From: Escherichia phage ECML-606-1
Strand: one strand, 5' to 3'
Sequence record: OL631484.1
DNA: 64,000 bases
The notes beneath the pieces are model-generated. The model made no database searches. It was not told where the DNA came from and saw nothing but the letters and a program-made list of their open reading frames with translations. Positions 18,138-28,258 of the stretch are shown in pieces; the first letter of the stretch is position 1; each line of letters begins with the position of its first letter. The position numbers were made by a program, and so were the translations under genes.

Positions 18138-18920
18138 TTACTCTGGTGTTTTGGTCTTGCTGCCGCCAGACTGGACGCCACCATGAATGTGCCCGATTTG
18201 GCTGATATTGCCCGCGATCTGGTCGCCGTCAGATTTCACCATGCCGTTGGTAGTAATATCGCCATCGACGTGCAGTTTTTGCGTTGCATGAACCATCGGC
18301 GTGTCCAGCAGAATACCGTCACTCGCTTTGATAGTCGCCTGCGTACATTCCGCATAGATTTCGTCCTGGGCAATCAGGCGCACTTTACCCTCAGGGGTAA
18401 AGGTCATCTCCACCACGTTCCCAGCCATGCCGATGCGGAAATAAGGCTTTGTTCCGGTGTTCCGGTCAACAGCCAGATTTTTGTCAAAGTTTGCCCCGGC
18501 AAAGTCGCGGCGATCCGGTTTGGTACCCATGGTGATGTAAGCGCCGGACGGGTGCAGCAGCCCAGTGTTACCTTCTGCGTCGGTGTACCGGATCACGTCA
18601 GAGTCAGAGCGCTCAAACTCCAGCCCGTCCTCATCAAAGGTCATCTGGCTGATCTGCGGGTACAGGAAGCCCGTGACGACCGGGGATCTCCCGATAAAGT
18701 CCACCGTCGCCATGACCTCCTGCCCAGTCTGCTGGCTGATATTCCACTTATCCGCCCCACGGTCACGCACGCGGGGGATCTTATTGCTCCCAGTACGCGC
18801 TGAGCCTGAGGCAGTCAGCACCTGCACCCCGGCAAAGCGGGCATAGTTGTCTACCATGATGAGGTCACAGGCGTGGTCTTTGGGATAGCTAGCCACCACA
18901 ATGGCTTTACGTAGGGCCAT
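18138..18920 (-). CDS. baseplate central spike protein
   Basis: OB-fold-like N-terminus and C-terminal beta-helix-like tip with HIHGG (His-rich apex) as in gp5/gp45/VgrG-type spikes. Confidence 0.5.
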   Translation of the reverse strand: MALRKAIVVASYPKDHACDLIMVDNYARFAGVQVLTASGSARTGSNKIPRVRDRGADKWNISQQTGQEVMATVDFIGRSPVVTGFLYPQISQMTFDEDGLEFERSDSDVIRYTDAEGNTGLLHPSGAYITMGTKPDRRDFAGANFDKNLAVDRNTGTKPYFRIGMAGNVVEMTFTPEGKVRLIAQDEIYAECTQATIKASDGILLDTPMVHATQKLHVDGDITTNGMVKSDGDQIAGNISQIGHIHGGVQSGGSKTKTPE

Positions 18921-20488
18921 CAGAAAATATCCTTTTTGAGAGAAAAAAGGGCATCCAGATCCTTCCCGGCGCTGGTCAGGTCATTGCCACGGGTAGCCTG
19001 TTCTTTCAGCCATGGGCTTACGCCTCCCCCGGTGCTGCTGACGCGTTCGGCAAATCCGGTACCGCGTGCAAACTCCAGCGCGGTGCTGTATGAGTTGTAC
19101 GGGATGAAATTATCCTGCACGCTAATGATATAGGCGCTCCATGAGATTTGCCCATCCAGCACGGTGAGGTAATCACCGCTGCGGAGCGCATCGGTCGAGT
19201 TATCCCGCGTCGGGCCACCCTTCATTGACAGTGCGCCAAACTCCAGCACCACGTTATCTTTATTGGATTGGATCATGATGTCACGGCGATCCTTAATCCA
19301 GTCCAGCATGTAGCCGCTGCGCTGCTCTTGAGGGTTCTGCTCCAGTCCGCTGGAAACGCTGGTCACATCGTCAGGGCTCATCACGGAATCCGCGTACATG
19401 GCACGCACGCCATAGTATTTCTTCGCCGTGTTCGGGTATTCCATGGTCTGCTGGGTACCGCCAGCCATAATGGCCTCAACCTTGCGATAAATGTCATCGA
19501 CCATCGCAAAGCGGTTATTCGTCACCCAGTAATAGTTATAAACGCTCGAATCGTTGCGCGTCTGGCGGATATCGGAGATATAGCCATCTGGTACCGTTCC
19601 GTTTTTCGGCGGCTGCGGCAGGTTCTGAATGGCTCGCCCGGTCATCAGGTCAATTGCTGGTACCGGACGCCAGACGAGGTATACGCCATCCTCGCGGTCT
19701 TCAATAAAAAGCTCATTCCATACGCCCACATCCAGATACTGCTTCATGAGGTCGTATACTGAGCCCTCCTGATTCATCCAGCTGTCAGACACTGAGCCTG
19801 AGGCTTGCAGATCAGGCTTGATGACGCGCGGCACGCCGTTATTTTTCGGCAGCAGGGTATCAAGCAGCGGGTTAATGGCTTTGTCCAGCAGCAGGTTGAT
19901 GAATTCAGCCCCGGTGATGACGTTCTTCACGTTGCCACCAAACTGCTCGAAGAAATTCCACCCGGTCAGCAGCGGTGCCGATCCGTCATAGCTTGGGATG
20001 TAGAGCAGCTGGAATGACTGGAGGATCTTGCCGTAATCCTGCCCGCTCACCACCACCGTGCGCATCGGCTTGCCATCCTTGCCCATCTGGCGACCACGGC
20101 TGATCTCGCTGACGAATCCGCGCATCTTAATCGGCAGGGGATTCGGGCATGGGCCGATTCCGTTCCACATGCGGATCTCTACCACGTCCATTGGCTCTAC
20201 GAGCCCATAAATGGACTCCAGCCCGGCGCGGTCGAGTACCTGGCCCATGTTCTGCCCGGACACGTTCGGCTTGTCTGAGAAGCTCAGGGAGAAGGTACCG
20301 CAGGGTTGCCCGATGTTCTTCGTGGTGCTGATACTTGTCCCATCGCCAAAAAACGGCGTCAGGTCAATGTATGCCTCTTTGTTGGCGTAGCGCTCAGAAG
20401 TAGGAAGGCCAGCCTCTCTTGGCTGGCGCATTATGGTCTTGTACAGGCGCACGCTGATCTTCGGCGTGGCAACGATAACTTTTGGCAT
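18920..20488 (-). CDS. tail protein downstream of tape measure (possible hub/DNA circularization-type protein)
   Basis: 522-aa ORF immediately following tape measure gene; function inferred from position only. Confidence 0.35.
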   Translation of the reverse strand: MPKVIVATPKISVRLYKTIMRQPREAGLPTSERYANKEAYIDLTPFFGDGTSISTTKNIGQPCGTFSLSFSDKPNVSGQNMGQVLDRAGLESIYGLVEPMDVVEIRMWNGIGPCPNPLPIKMRGFVSEISRGRQMGKDGKPMRTVVVSGQDYGKILQSFQLLYIPSYDGSAPLLTGWNFFEQFGGNVKNVITGAEFINLLLDKAINPLLDTLLPKNNGVPRVIKPDLQASGSVSDSWMNQEGSVYDLMKQYLDVGVWNELFIEDREDGVYLVWRPVPAIDLMTGRAIQNLPQPPKNGTVPDGYISDIRQTRNDSSVYNYYWVTNNRFAMVDDIYRKVEAIMAGGTQQTMEYPNTAKKYYGVRAMYADSVMSPDDVTSVSSGLEQNPQEQRSGYMLDWIKDRRDIMIQSNKDNVVLEFGALSMKGGPTRDNSTDALRSGDYLTVLDGQISWSAYIISVQDNFIPYNSYSTALEFARGTGFAERVSSTGGGVSPWLKEQATRGNDLTSAGKDLDALFSLKKDIF

Positions 20489-20490
20489 TC

Positions 20491-23271
20491 TTACCTCGTT
20501 GCGAAGCTGCGCGGTTGGATAAAGCTGGAGCTCACTGGCAGCTGTTCGGTTTTAATAACCTGCCCCGACGAATCTTTATGCTGTACCTCCAGCGGAGCCG
20601 CCTTAATATCAATCCGTCCACCAGTCTGAGGCATCGTTTTCGGGTCGATGTTGTTCAGGTCTTTCAGCTTATCTTCCCACGCATAGACGCCCGGCGCATA
20701 GTTCCGGTTTTCAGATGTGTAACGCCCGGCCCCGGTACCGCCGTTGTAACGGCTCAGGGCTTCATATTCGTTACCACCAGCAGCATCCAGATCGTCGCGG
20801 AGGTGCGCAGCACCAGCCATGATATTCCCGCGTTGGGTGTAGATATCGTACTGGCGCATATATTTGGCGTTCCACTTCGGTACCAGCTGAGCAGCACCGA
20901 TAGCGCCAGCGCGGCTGACCGCTTTGTTACTGAAACGGGATTCCTGCGCGATCAGTCCACGTAACAGGCTTGGGCGGATGTTGTACTTCTTCGCCGCGTC
21001 CTGAATGTCCTTTTCCATGCTTTTCGCGCGCGCAGCCATATCGCCCGGCACGTTCTCCGGCAGACTGGCTTTCGCGTTTTCGATCAGCGCAGCCGGAGAA
21101 TCGCCCAGCGTTGAGGTGTCCATGGCCCCGGTTTCCGCTGACGAGCTATACCCACCTGCGAGCTCATCAACACGGCGATTCATCGCAGCAGTTTCAATAT
21201 CGCGCTGACGGTTGTTTGCGGCCTGCTTATCAATGATTGCTTTACGCTTGGCGTTCGCCTCAGCGTCATTCCCTGTCACCATGTTCAGCTTGGCTTGCAA
21301 TTCGCGGTTGGCATTGTCGAAACGCATATCAATGCGACGTTTGCCCTGCGATTTCTCGCGGTCGATATAGTTCTGCCTCAGGCTGGCTTCATCGCCCACA
21401 CCAGCCATCTTGACCAGTGCCATGCGCATTATATCCAGCGACGGCAGAGCGCGATCTGCAAAGCGGGTCATGGTGTTGTCCAGCTTCGCTACGTTATCGC
21501 GGATCTGGGATCCTTCTGTTTTGGTGCCACCGTGAACGCTGACCAGCTCAGCCATTACATCTTTCAGCTTCTCGGTATCGCTGCCCTTATAGGCACCCAT
21601 CAGGCGCTGACGCTCGGCATCGGTCAGGTCTTTTCGGCCCAGATAATCCTTCGCCATGCTGCCCAGACCAGTACCACCCCCCTCAATGATCCCCATCTGA
21701 GCCATCAGCTGCGGGGTCACGTTCAGGCCCAGACGCTTGGCGCGAGAGTCCGCCCCGGTTAACTGCGTCATAGAGGTATTGGAGAGGGTCATGGCCTCAT
21801 TAAGCCCGGTGCCCATATGGTTAGCCAGCGCCATGTAATACTCAGGTGTACCCTGCCCATACTGGCGAGCCATCTGGCGTTTAACCAGATCAAACATGGT
21901 TGTGCTGCCCTGCGGGCCAGCGCCAAACGCGCGACCGTATGGCGTGTTAGCGCCAAAGGCGGAGCTCAGCGTGCCAAACATCCCAGTTTCCTGAAACGCT
22001 CGCGTCTGGTACGGGTTCAGGCCCGCTGCCATACCCATTCTGGCGGTGAAGGCTTGGGACGCTTCACCCATGTTGCCGCCGCGTGACAGGGACGCGTTGA
22101 CGCGGCTCAGGAGCGATGCAGCGCCCTGCACATCCATTCCCGGCAGGCCAGTTTGCATCAGGCCAGCCAGAGCGCCGCCATAGCCAGCGACGTTTGGCCC
22201 GGTCAGGCTTTGCCGTGCTGCCGTGGTGGCGAAGTTGGTGATCGCCTCCATGGCTTCATTGGCCTGCCCGAAAGCGCCGGATTTACCGATGGCCTCACCG
22301 ATAAGCGCACCCATGCGGCGAGTGTCCTGATCGGAGCGCCCGATATTAGCACCGCGTAGCCGCGCCATGCTTCCAGCTACGCTATTCGGATCCAGACCAA
22401 AGGTACGCGCCATGCCCCCGGCAGTGAGCAGCCCGGTCATCGGGTTCTCACCCGGTCGCAGGTTCGCGCGGGAATAGCTTGACGCCATTGCAATAGCGTC
22501 GGAGGTCTTCATGCCCAGCGTATCAGCCAGACCGCCTGCGCCACCAATGGAGTTTTTCAGCACAGCATACGAGGCAACGCCCCCGACCTGACGATACAGT
22601 TTATCGAGGCCAATGGCGTTATCCTGCGCCTGCGCGACCTTATCCGCGATAGCACCGATGATCTTACCCACGCCCAGCGCAGCCAGACCGCCCACAAGCC
22701 CCATCAGGCCAGCTCCAGCACCAGCCGATAACCCGGTGCTCAGAGCACTGGAAAATACACCACCGACCGGGCCCGTTGCTCGCAGCCCGGACTGCATGAT
22801 ATTAAGCCCATGAGCGCCCCAGCCTTGACGCCAGTTGAATCCACCACCGCTTCCACCACTTCCCGGAGGCAGCGCTGGAGGCGGCGTCGGAGGTGTTGGG
22901 CGCGGTGGCTTCGGCTTTGGGTTATCGTCAAAATCCACGCCAAGAAATTGCAGCATAGACTGCATTTTCTTGATGCGTTCAGCCTGATCGCCATACATCT
23001 TTTTCCAGTCAGCCATGAGCGGGTTAGTCGATCCTTGGCCCGTTTTACCCATAGTTGTTCTGAGCTCAGTCTGTACTTTAAGCAGCTTCTGCATCTGCTT
23101 GATGAAGGCGTCCAAATCCTCTTTCGATTTGACGTTAATCGGCTCAAACTTCTGGTTGTTGGCCTGACCGACCTGCGACGCGAGGATGCGGATCTGGTCA
23201 TTAACCATCTGGATCTGCTGTTTCAGGTCTGCCGCATCGAACTGGGCACTAACCGGAATTTTAATTGCCAT
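20491..23271 (-). CDS. tail tape measure protein with lytic transglycosylase domain
   Basis: 926 aa, long coiled-coil N-terminal part, Gly/Ala-rich TM-like middle, SLT-like motif (AQESRFSNKAVSRAGAIGAAQL) near the C-terminus; follows overlapping chaperone ORFs. Confidence 0.75.
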   Translation of the reverse strand: MAIKIPVSAQFDAADLKQQIQMVNDQIRILASQVGQANNQKFEPINVKSKEDLDAFIKQMQKLLKVQTELRTTMGKTGQGSTNPLMADWKKMYGDQAERIKKMQSMLQFLGVDFDDNPKPKPPRPTPPTPPPALPPGSGGSGGGFNWRQGWGAHGLNIMQSGLRATGPVGGVFSSALSTGLSAGAGAGLMGLVGGLAALGVGKIIGAIADKVAQAQDNAIGLDKLYRQVGGVASYAVLKNSIGGAGGLADTLGMKTSDAIAMASSYSRANLRPGENPMTGLLTAGGMARTFGLDPNSVAGSMARLRGANIGRSDQDTRRMGALIGEAIGKSGAFGQANEAMEAITNFATTAARQSLTGPNVAGYGGALAGLMQTGLPGMDVQGAASLLSRVNASLSRGGNMGEASQAFTARMGMAAGLNPYQTRAFQETGMFGTLSSAFGANTPYGRAFGAGPQGSTTMFDLVKRQMARQYGQGTPEYYMALANHMGTGLNEAMTLSNTSMTQLTGADSRAKRLGLNVTPQLMAQMGIIEGGGTGLGSMAKDYLGRKDLTDAERQRLMGAYKGSDTEKLKDVMAELVSVHGGTKTEGSQIRDNVAKLDNTMTRFADRALPSLDIMRMALVKMAGVGDEASLRQNYIDREKSQGKRRIDMRFDNANRELQAKLNMVTGNDAEANAKRKAIIDKQAANNRQRDIETAAMNRRVDELAGGYSSSAETGAMDTSTLGDSPAALIENAKASLPENVPGDMAARAKSMEKDIQDAAKKYNIRPSLLRGLIAQESRFSNKAVSRAGAIGAAQLVPKWNAKYMRQYDIYTQRGNIMAGAAHLRDDLDAAGGNEYEALSRYNGGTGAGRYTSENRNYAPGVYAWEDKLKDLNNIDPKTMPQTGGRIDIKAAPLEVQHKDSSGQVIKTEQLPVSSSFIQPRSFATR

Positions 23272-23605
23272 CTACGTCTTCCCAGTCGTTAACTTCGGTT
23301 ATGTCGGTTTCGCTACCTGCTGGCGTTTGCTCCCCGGATTCTGCTTCCTCTGCCCACTGCTGCATGATCGCAGTAGCATCAAAGGATTCATCCTCGACGA
23401 CATCCATCATCTTCGGATTATCCTGATACGTGTGGGCCCAGTATTCAGTCAGCCGTTCCTCAAACGTTGTCTCCATGTACAGGGGGCTGTTCGGGGGCAG
23501 GCGGAATGTCCGGCGATACCACAGATCCACCGTGTTCACCATTTTCCGCGCTGTTTTCTTCGCCCGGTGTTCTAGGTTTTCTGCGAAATGTTTCCTCACG
23601 CTCTC
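23261..23605 (-). CDS. tail assembly chaperone frameshift-extension ORF (GT-like)
   Basis: Open frame overlapping the 3' 140 nt of the upstream chaperone ORF in the +1 (= -2) frame; classical position between tube and tape measure. Confidence 0.45.
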   Translation of the reverse strand, partial: ESVRKHFAENLEHRAKKTARKMVNTVDLWYRRTFRLPPNSPLYMETTFEERLTEYWAHTYQDNPKMMDVVEDESFDATAIMQQWAEEAESGEQTPAGSETDITEVNDWEDVDGN

Positions 23606-23888
23606 TCAGAGCGGCAAACACACGCCCCAGCTTCTGATACGTTTCGTCATCCAGAGGATCCATGTTTTCCATGTCCCAGCCTTCTGGAGCGTCAACTACC
23701 AGCACGCGCAAGGTTGAAAGGTATTCAGCGAGAGTGATCAGCCATGCGGTCGGTTCCACGCCGCCAGCCATTGACGCGTATTCGCGCTGGATCTCCACCT
23801 CAATAGCCATGGTTCGACGCGCCGCACGGAAGCGACCGATATCCGGCACGTCAAAGTAATAGTCATTTGCTTTTGGTTGTCTTGCCAC
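23460..23888 (-). CDS. tail assembly chaperone (G-like)
   Basis: 142-aa acidic protein directly downstream of tail tube and upstream of tape measure. Confidence 0.5.
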   Translation of the reverse strand: MARQPKANDYYFDVPDIGRFRAARRTMAIEVEIQREYASMAGGVEPTAWLITLAEYLSTLRVLVVDAPEGWDMENMDPLDDETYQKLGRVFAALREREETFRRKPRTPGEENSAENGEHGGSVVSPDIPPAPEQPPVHGDNV

Positions 23889-23910
23889 GTTGGAATCCTC
23901 GGAAAGGGAG

Positions 23911-23934
23911 AAAGAAGCCGCCCCGAAGGGCGGC
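23911..23934 (-). terminator. putative intrinsic terminator after tail tube gene
   Basis: GCCGCCC-ttcg-GGGCGGC hairpin followed on minus strand by U-rich tract. Confidence 0.4.
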
Positions 23935-23943
23935 AGGTATCAC

Positions 23944-24366
23944 TTACGCGCCGTCACCGCTCACGTCCAGCGCGTTAAACTGGGCGTTGGAGGTAACGAT
24001 GGCGTGTTTCTGGGTCTCGATGGAACCAGATGCGTAGCTCACGCCAGTGTACTTACGCAGCAGAGCGCCAGTCAGGCCATCATACTGCTCAATGTCGAAT
24101 ACCAGACCTTGCAGCACGGCGTCGCCGTTCTCCGGCACAATGCCCGCAGCTTGCAGCTGGGACTTGTTCAGGAGCATGGCGCTCACGCTCAGCTGGTGAC
24201 GCGCCATAGTCGGCACCCACTCCTGTACGTGAATGTCACCGATACCGGAAGCAGGTTCCGGCGCGTAGTCATCGTTCATAGAAATGTTCTGGATCAGGCC
24301 GATCTGCTTGCCATCAAAGATGACCTTGATCTGGTTGCCTGACCGTACATTGCGGTTCTGCTTCAT
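23944..24366 (-). CDS. tail tube protein
   Basis: 140-aa protein immediately downstream of sheath gene (conserved sheath-tube order). Confidence 0.55.
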   Translation of the reverse strand: MKQNRNVRSGNQIKVIFDGKQIGLIQNISMNDDYAPEPASGIGDIHVQEWVPTMARHQLSVSAMLLNKSQLQAAGIVPENGDAVLQGLVFDIEQYDGLTGALLRKYTGVSYASGSIETQKHAIVTSNAQFNALDVSGDGA

Positions 24367-24376
24367 CGCTTACTCC

Positions 24377-26173
24377 TTAGACGGTCGCGGTGCCGCTGTA
24401 CGGACGAGCGTACATGGTCACGAGGATGTAGTTGTTAGGGACGACCGGGGATGCCTCGTACTGAATACGCATTACATCGCCCTCAACAGTCCCGGTAATG
24501 TTGCGGAATGCCGGGCTGTTTTCGTCACCCGCCAGCACTGCCGGGCCCATTGGTTCTGGCTTAGCCAGCTCAGTCAGCTGACCTTTAACAGTGCTCAGTG
24601 CCTGAGACAGCAGGATCGGGGACTGCTTGGAGCCGCGCAGCTGATCCACCGCCTGACGCACGTTACGCTGTGTGAAGTCGATAGCCACGCCGCAGGACTG
24701 CTCGCGTTTGTTGAATTTGCTATCAACCAGCCAGGTCGAAATGGACTGCGTGATTTTGTAGCCAGTATCGGTGTTCTCGATAGGCATCACGCCGCCAAGG
24801 ATCAGCTCGTCGGTCTCGGTCGGGTTGTCCAGATCGCGCTCCAGCCCGTTCACGCTGATCACCTTGTTGGTGAGCGGAGTGCCCGGATTCACGCCACCAA
24901 ACGCGGCGGCCACCAGTGCTGCGGTCATGTACGCCGGGCGCAGCGTCAGCACGCCAGTGTCGTCATACGCGTAGTGCCCGATGTGAACCAGAGAAACGCG
25001 GTCGCTGTTCAGTACCTTGGCGCGGCGAATTGCTTCGTCGTTGGAGGTGCTGATCGGCGTGCCGACGATAGCGCGGCGCTCTTTGTAGCGGTTTGAGTTG
25101 AACTCAACATGCGCCTTAACGAAACCATGTACGGCTTCATCACCGGAGCACGCTGCCACCCACTGCACGTTGCGCTCTTTCGCCAGCAGATCCAGAGCAT
25201 TGCTCCAGTCAGCAGGCAGCGGAGCCACGACAGGCTGAGAGGTCAGGTATTTGTAATCCTGAATCTGCGGGCCATGCCAGATGGCAATCGCGTTAGCAGC
25301 GTTCAGCTCGAAGTCCAGCCAGTTGCCTACGGCATCCTTAAACCATTTCTGGAAGCTGTAGCCGTTCCAGTAGAAGTCGGCGTCCAGCGTTGGCGTAGCG
25401 GTATCAGTTTTATATGCCTTCTGATCCAGCACGCTCGGAGACAGAGAACGATAACCAGTGCTCAGGAACGTCATTTCGAACGGTTTCGCGCCGGATGCGT
25501 TAGCGGTCACGCTGTTCACGTAATCAGCGATGTCGCCCAGCGTTTTATACTGGGTTAAATCCAGCTCAATCTTCTGGAATACGCCATCGCCGCCCTGCTC
25601 GTCAGTGACGATCTCAAAGACGCCCGGAGCCACCAGAATATGGCAGTCCTTCTCTTTGATTTTGAGGTGTACGCCCGGCGCGTTGATGTCGTTGCCAGTC
25701 ACAGACCATGCAGATGCGCCAGTGCCGCCAGCAACGGTCACGGTGTACAGGCCAGCTTTTGAGCCCTGCTCAATCTTGGCTTTGATGCCCAGATCGGTTT
25801 TGCTGTACGCCTTGCCTTTCAACGTGCCGAAAGCGCCAGTGGCATTCGTCGTCCCTGCGATAATTGGCAGGTCGAGGGTGGCCTGAAACGCTTTGTTTAC
25901 GCGTATAGCGATGACAGTCTGAGGAGAGCCAGTCTGAGAGGACGGGGAGAAGGCTTTCACCACCGCATCGCAGAGCTCGCCACCGACCAGCGCCTGTTTA
26001 GCCGCGTTGGGGGTGCTGAATTTCAGCAGTTTGAATGACTCACCACCATCAGCCTGACCGATGTAGGCAACAACGTTCGTTACCGACAGGTTCTGGTTCA
26101 GCATGGCGTCATCGTTCACTGCGGATGCAGTGGTAGGCGTCGTCAGCAGTTGACCATTAAAAAATACGCTCAT
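24377..26173 (-). CDS. contractile tail sheath protein
   Basis: 598 aa, size and position (upstream of tube, chaperones, tape measure) typical of myovirus sheath. Confidence 0.7.
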   Translation of the reverse strand: MSVFFNGQLLTTPTTASAVNDDAMLNQNLSVTNVVAYIGQADGGESFKLLKFSTPNAAKQALVGGELCDAVVKAFSPSSQTGSPQTVIAIRVNKAFQATLDLPIIAGTTNATGAFGTLKGKAYSKTDLGIKAKIEQGSKAGLYTVTVAGGTGASAWSVTGNDINAPGVHLKIKEKDCHILVAPGVFEIVTDEQGGDGVFQKIELDLTQYKTLGDIADYVNSVTANASGAKPFEMTFLSTGYRSLSPSVLDQKAYKTDTATPTLDADFYWNGYSFQKWFKDAVGNWLDFELNAANAIAIWHGPQIQDYKYLTSQPVVAPLPADWSNALDLLAKERNVQWVAACSGDEAVHGFVKAHVEFNSNRYKERRAIVGTPISTSNDEAIRRAKVLNSDRVSLVHIGHYAYDDTGVLTLRPAYMTAALVAAAFGGVNPGTPLTNKVISVNGLERDLDNPTETDELILGGVMPIENTDTGYKITQSISTWLVDSKFNKREQSCGVAIDFTQRNVRQAVDQLRGSKQSPILLSQALSTVKGQLTELAKPEPMGPAVLAGDENSPAFRNITGTVEGDVMRIQYEASPVVPNNYILVTMYARPYSGTATV

Positions 26174-26182
26174 GTGATCCCC

Positions 26183-26452
26183 TTAGATCAGCGGAGTTTC
26201 GAGGAATTCCGCATAACGTTTTTCGTAAGCGGATGGAATATCGCGCACGCGCCCGGCAGATGTCTCTTTCGTCCAGAAGCCAGTGATCAGCACATAGCGC
26301 TTTTCGGTCAAAGACAGACGCGTGCAAAACTCGTCAAGCGATAGTGGGATCTCAGTGCTTACTGCCGCTGCATCCACTTCCGCTGCGATTGCTTTTGATG
26401 GTTGTTTAGCCATTAGGATTAACCTCAGTAATGACATCCACGATAGTGGCAT
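26183..26452 (-). CDS. hypothetical virion-associated small protein
   Basis: ORF upstream of sheath; likely true start at internal Met (about 26413) to avoid 47-nt overlap. Confidence 0.3.
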   Translation of the reverse strand: MPLSWMSLLRLILMAKQPSKAIAAEVDAAAVSTEIPLSLDEFCTRLSLTEKRYVLITGFWTKETSAGRVRDIPSAYEKRYAEFLETPLI

Positions 26453-27248
26453 CAGATTTAAGCCCTACGCGGATCGGCGCAGTGCAGTTGAAATTCCCGG
26501 TAACAAGGTACATAGGGGAATCATATTCGCCGCTCACCGCATCTTCGGTGCTCAGCGATAACTTAGGCAGCGTGATCCCGGCGTCTGCCAGCACGGTCAG
26601 ATTGGCGATGATCACACGGCGGATGGCCTTTCTCAGCTCCAGACGCTCATCCGGGTTGAGAGACCAGCCAGTAATGGAAATATTGACATCTGCGAGCCAG
26701 CCAGCCTGCTCAGTAAACATGTCGTCGGCTTCATCCATGTACTCAACGTTGATGGTGTCGCCAATAAAGCGCTCGCTTGGCTCCTCGCTTTCCAGCGACA
26801 GCGTGACGCATGGCAGCATCAGGTTGTTTTCCATCTGCGGTGGCGCGGTGAAAACTTGGATATAGCCCAGCTCATTCATCAGCGTTTTGCGCTCGACCTC
26901 TACCATCAGCCCGGCTTCCAGACGGTCGCGCAGCAGCTGGAGCGTATCGGTAGACGCATCCTGATAGGTCGCCATCGGCGTCCCGTAGTTCTCGTTGCTG
27001 GGCTCCCAGACGCCATTGACGTAGTAAAACGCCTTGTAGAAATACTTGACGTTGTTCTGGAGGAAGTGGTGATCGACAAACGCGATGTTGTCCCCCTCGT
27101 AAACGATAAGGGCGTCCGGGTCGCTCATGTCGTCCTTAATCCCTGAGCGGGGGAGGCGCAGCACTTGCCAAGCCGTCGCGCCAGCGGGAGGCTGGAGGAA
27201 TACTTGCAGTGCGTTGCCGCAGGACTGTGGCAGAATCAGCGTAATCAT
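26406..27248 (-). CDS. neck/tail completion-type structural protein (unknown)
   Basis: 280-aa ORF between head and sheath genes, preceded by conserved GTCGTGACGGCACA motif. Confidence 0.35.
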   Translation of the reverse strand: MITLILPQSCGNALQVFLQPPAGATAWQVLRLPRSGIKDDMSDPDALIVYEGDNIAFVDHHFLQNNVKYFYKAFYYVNGVWEPSNENYGTPMATYQDASTDTLQLLRDRLEAGLMVEVERKTLMNELGYIQVFTAPPQMENNLMLPCVTLSLESEEPSERFIGDTINVEYMDEADDMFTEQAGWLADVNISITGWSLNPDERLELRKAIRRVIIANLTVLADAGITLPKLSLSTEDAVSGEYDSPMYLVTGNFNCTAPIRVGLKSDATIVDVITEVNPNG

Positions 27249-27307
27249 GGCTATATTGTGCCGTCACGACGCCGGGCGTGATGCTAACCTTTGAATCGGA
27301 GGCGCTT

Positions 27308-28147
27308 ATGGCTAAAGACTATTCAATCCAGATCAACCTCGGCAGTACCATGGATATCCTCGGAACTATCAACAAAGAGGTGTTCCCCTACCTGCATCAG
27401 GCCGTCAACGCGGTCGGGAATAAAGTGGCGCAAAAGTGGAAAAAGGAGGTACTGGAGTCGGATTTATGGAGCGGGGAAAAGGATAAGTACGCCAAGTCAA
27501 TCAGCTGGCAAATGACCGGGGATTTCTCCGGCTATGTCGAGGCGACGTATAAATGGGCTGAGGAAATTGAGAGTGGACGCCCTGAGCGCGATCTGAAAAA
27601 GATGCTCAATACCTCGCTGAAAGTCCGCCGTACAAAGTCCGGCAAACGCTTCCTCGTCATCCCGTTCCGCCATAATGTGAAGGATATGCCGGACGAGCTC
27701 TACGCGCAGGCCAAAGCGCTGGAAGCCTCCAAAGTCACCGGGCAGACGCAGCGCCGCAGCGGAGAGATCACTTTCCTCTCGCGTAAAACCGGGATGCAGC
27801 CAGCCAAGCGGCAGACGCCATTCCTGACTAACGTTAAGACGCATGGCCCGATGATGGTCAATCAGTCCCAGTACAAATGGGGCGGACGCATCCACGCGGG
27901 CTATTTCGGCCCTAACCCGAAAGGGAAGGTCGATCACGCGGCAGGCATGGTGCGGTTCGATACCAGCAGCGGCAAGCAGAAGTCCAGCGACTATATGACA
28001 TTCAGGATCATGATGGAAGGCCAGCAGGGCTGGGTTGTGAAGCCACAGCCGGGAAAATGGATTGCGCGGAAGGTGCGAGACGATATGGCACCGAAGGCAG
28101 CGGAAGCATTCAAAGCCACTATGGGCTGGACACTGAAAGTGAAGTAA
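27308..28147 (+). CDS. hypothetical protein encoded on opposite strand inside the late module (moron candidate)
   Basis: ATG at 27308 with RBS GGAGG 8 nt upstream (track ORF begins at GTG 27278); only + strand gene within 7.5-37.7 kb; followed by hairpin. Confidence 0.45.
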   Translation: MAKDYSIQINLGSTMDILGTINKEVFPYLHQAVNAVGNKVAQKWKKEVLESDLWSGEKDKYAKSISWQMTGDFSGYVEATYKWAEEIESGRPERDLKKMLNTSLKVRRTKSGKRFLVIPFRHNVKDMPDELYAQAKALEASKVTGQTQRRSGEITFLSRKTGMQPAKRQTPFLTNVKTHGPMMVNQSQYKWGGRIHAGYFGPNPKGKVDHAAGMVRFDTSSGKQKSSDYMTFRIMMEGQQGWVVKPQPGKWIARKVRDDMAPKAAEAFKATMGWTLKVK

Positions 28148-28176
28148 AAAAAAAGCCGCGAGGCGAGTCGCGGCAG
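28146..28176 (-). terminator. intrinsic terminator (hairpin flanked by A-run, functional on minus strand; possibly bidirectional)
   Basis: AAAAAAAAA-GCCGCGA-ggcga-GTCGCGGC; on minus strand hairpin followed by U9. Confidence 0.5.
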
Positions 28177-28258
28177 GGAAAAGTAGGCGTTCAAAACAGC
28201 TTTTTTGTTTTCAGGCAAATGGACTATAGACAGGGCTCACCGTCCGGTCAACGTCTTT

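Noticed and set aside
18078-18803. 241-aa plus-strand ORF overlapping the baseplate spike gene
   Set aside because: Antisense to a conserved spike gene; no independent evidence
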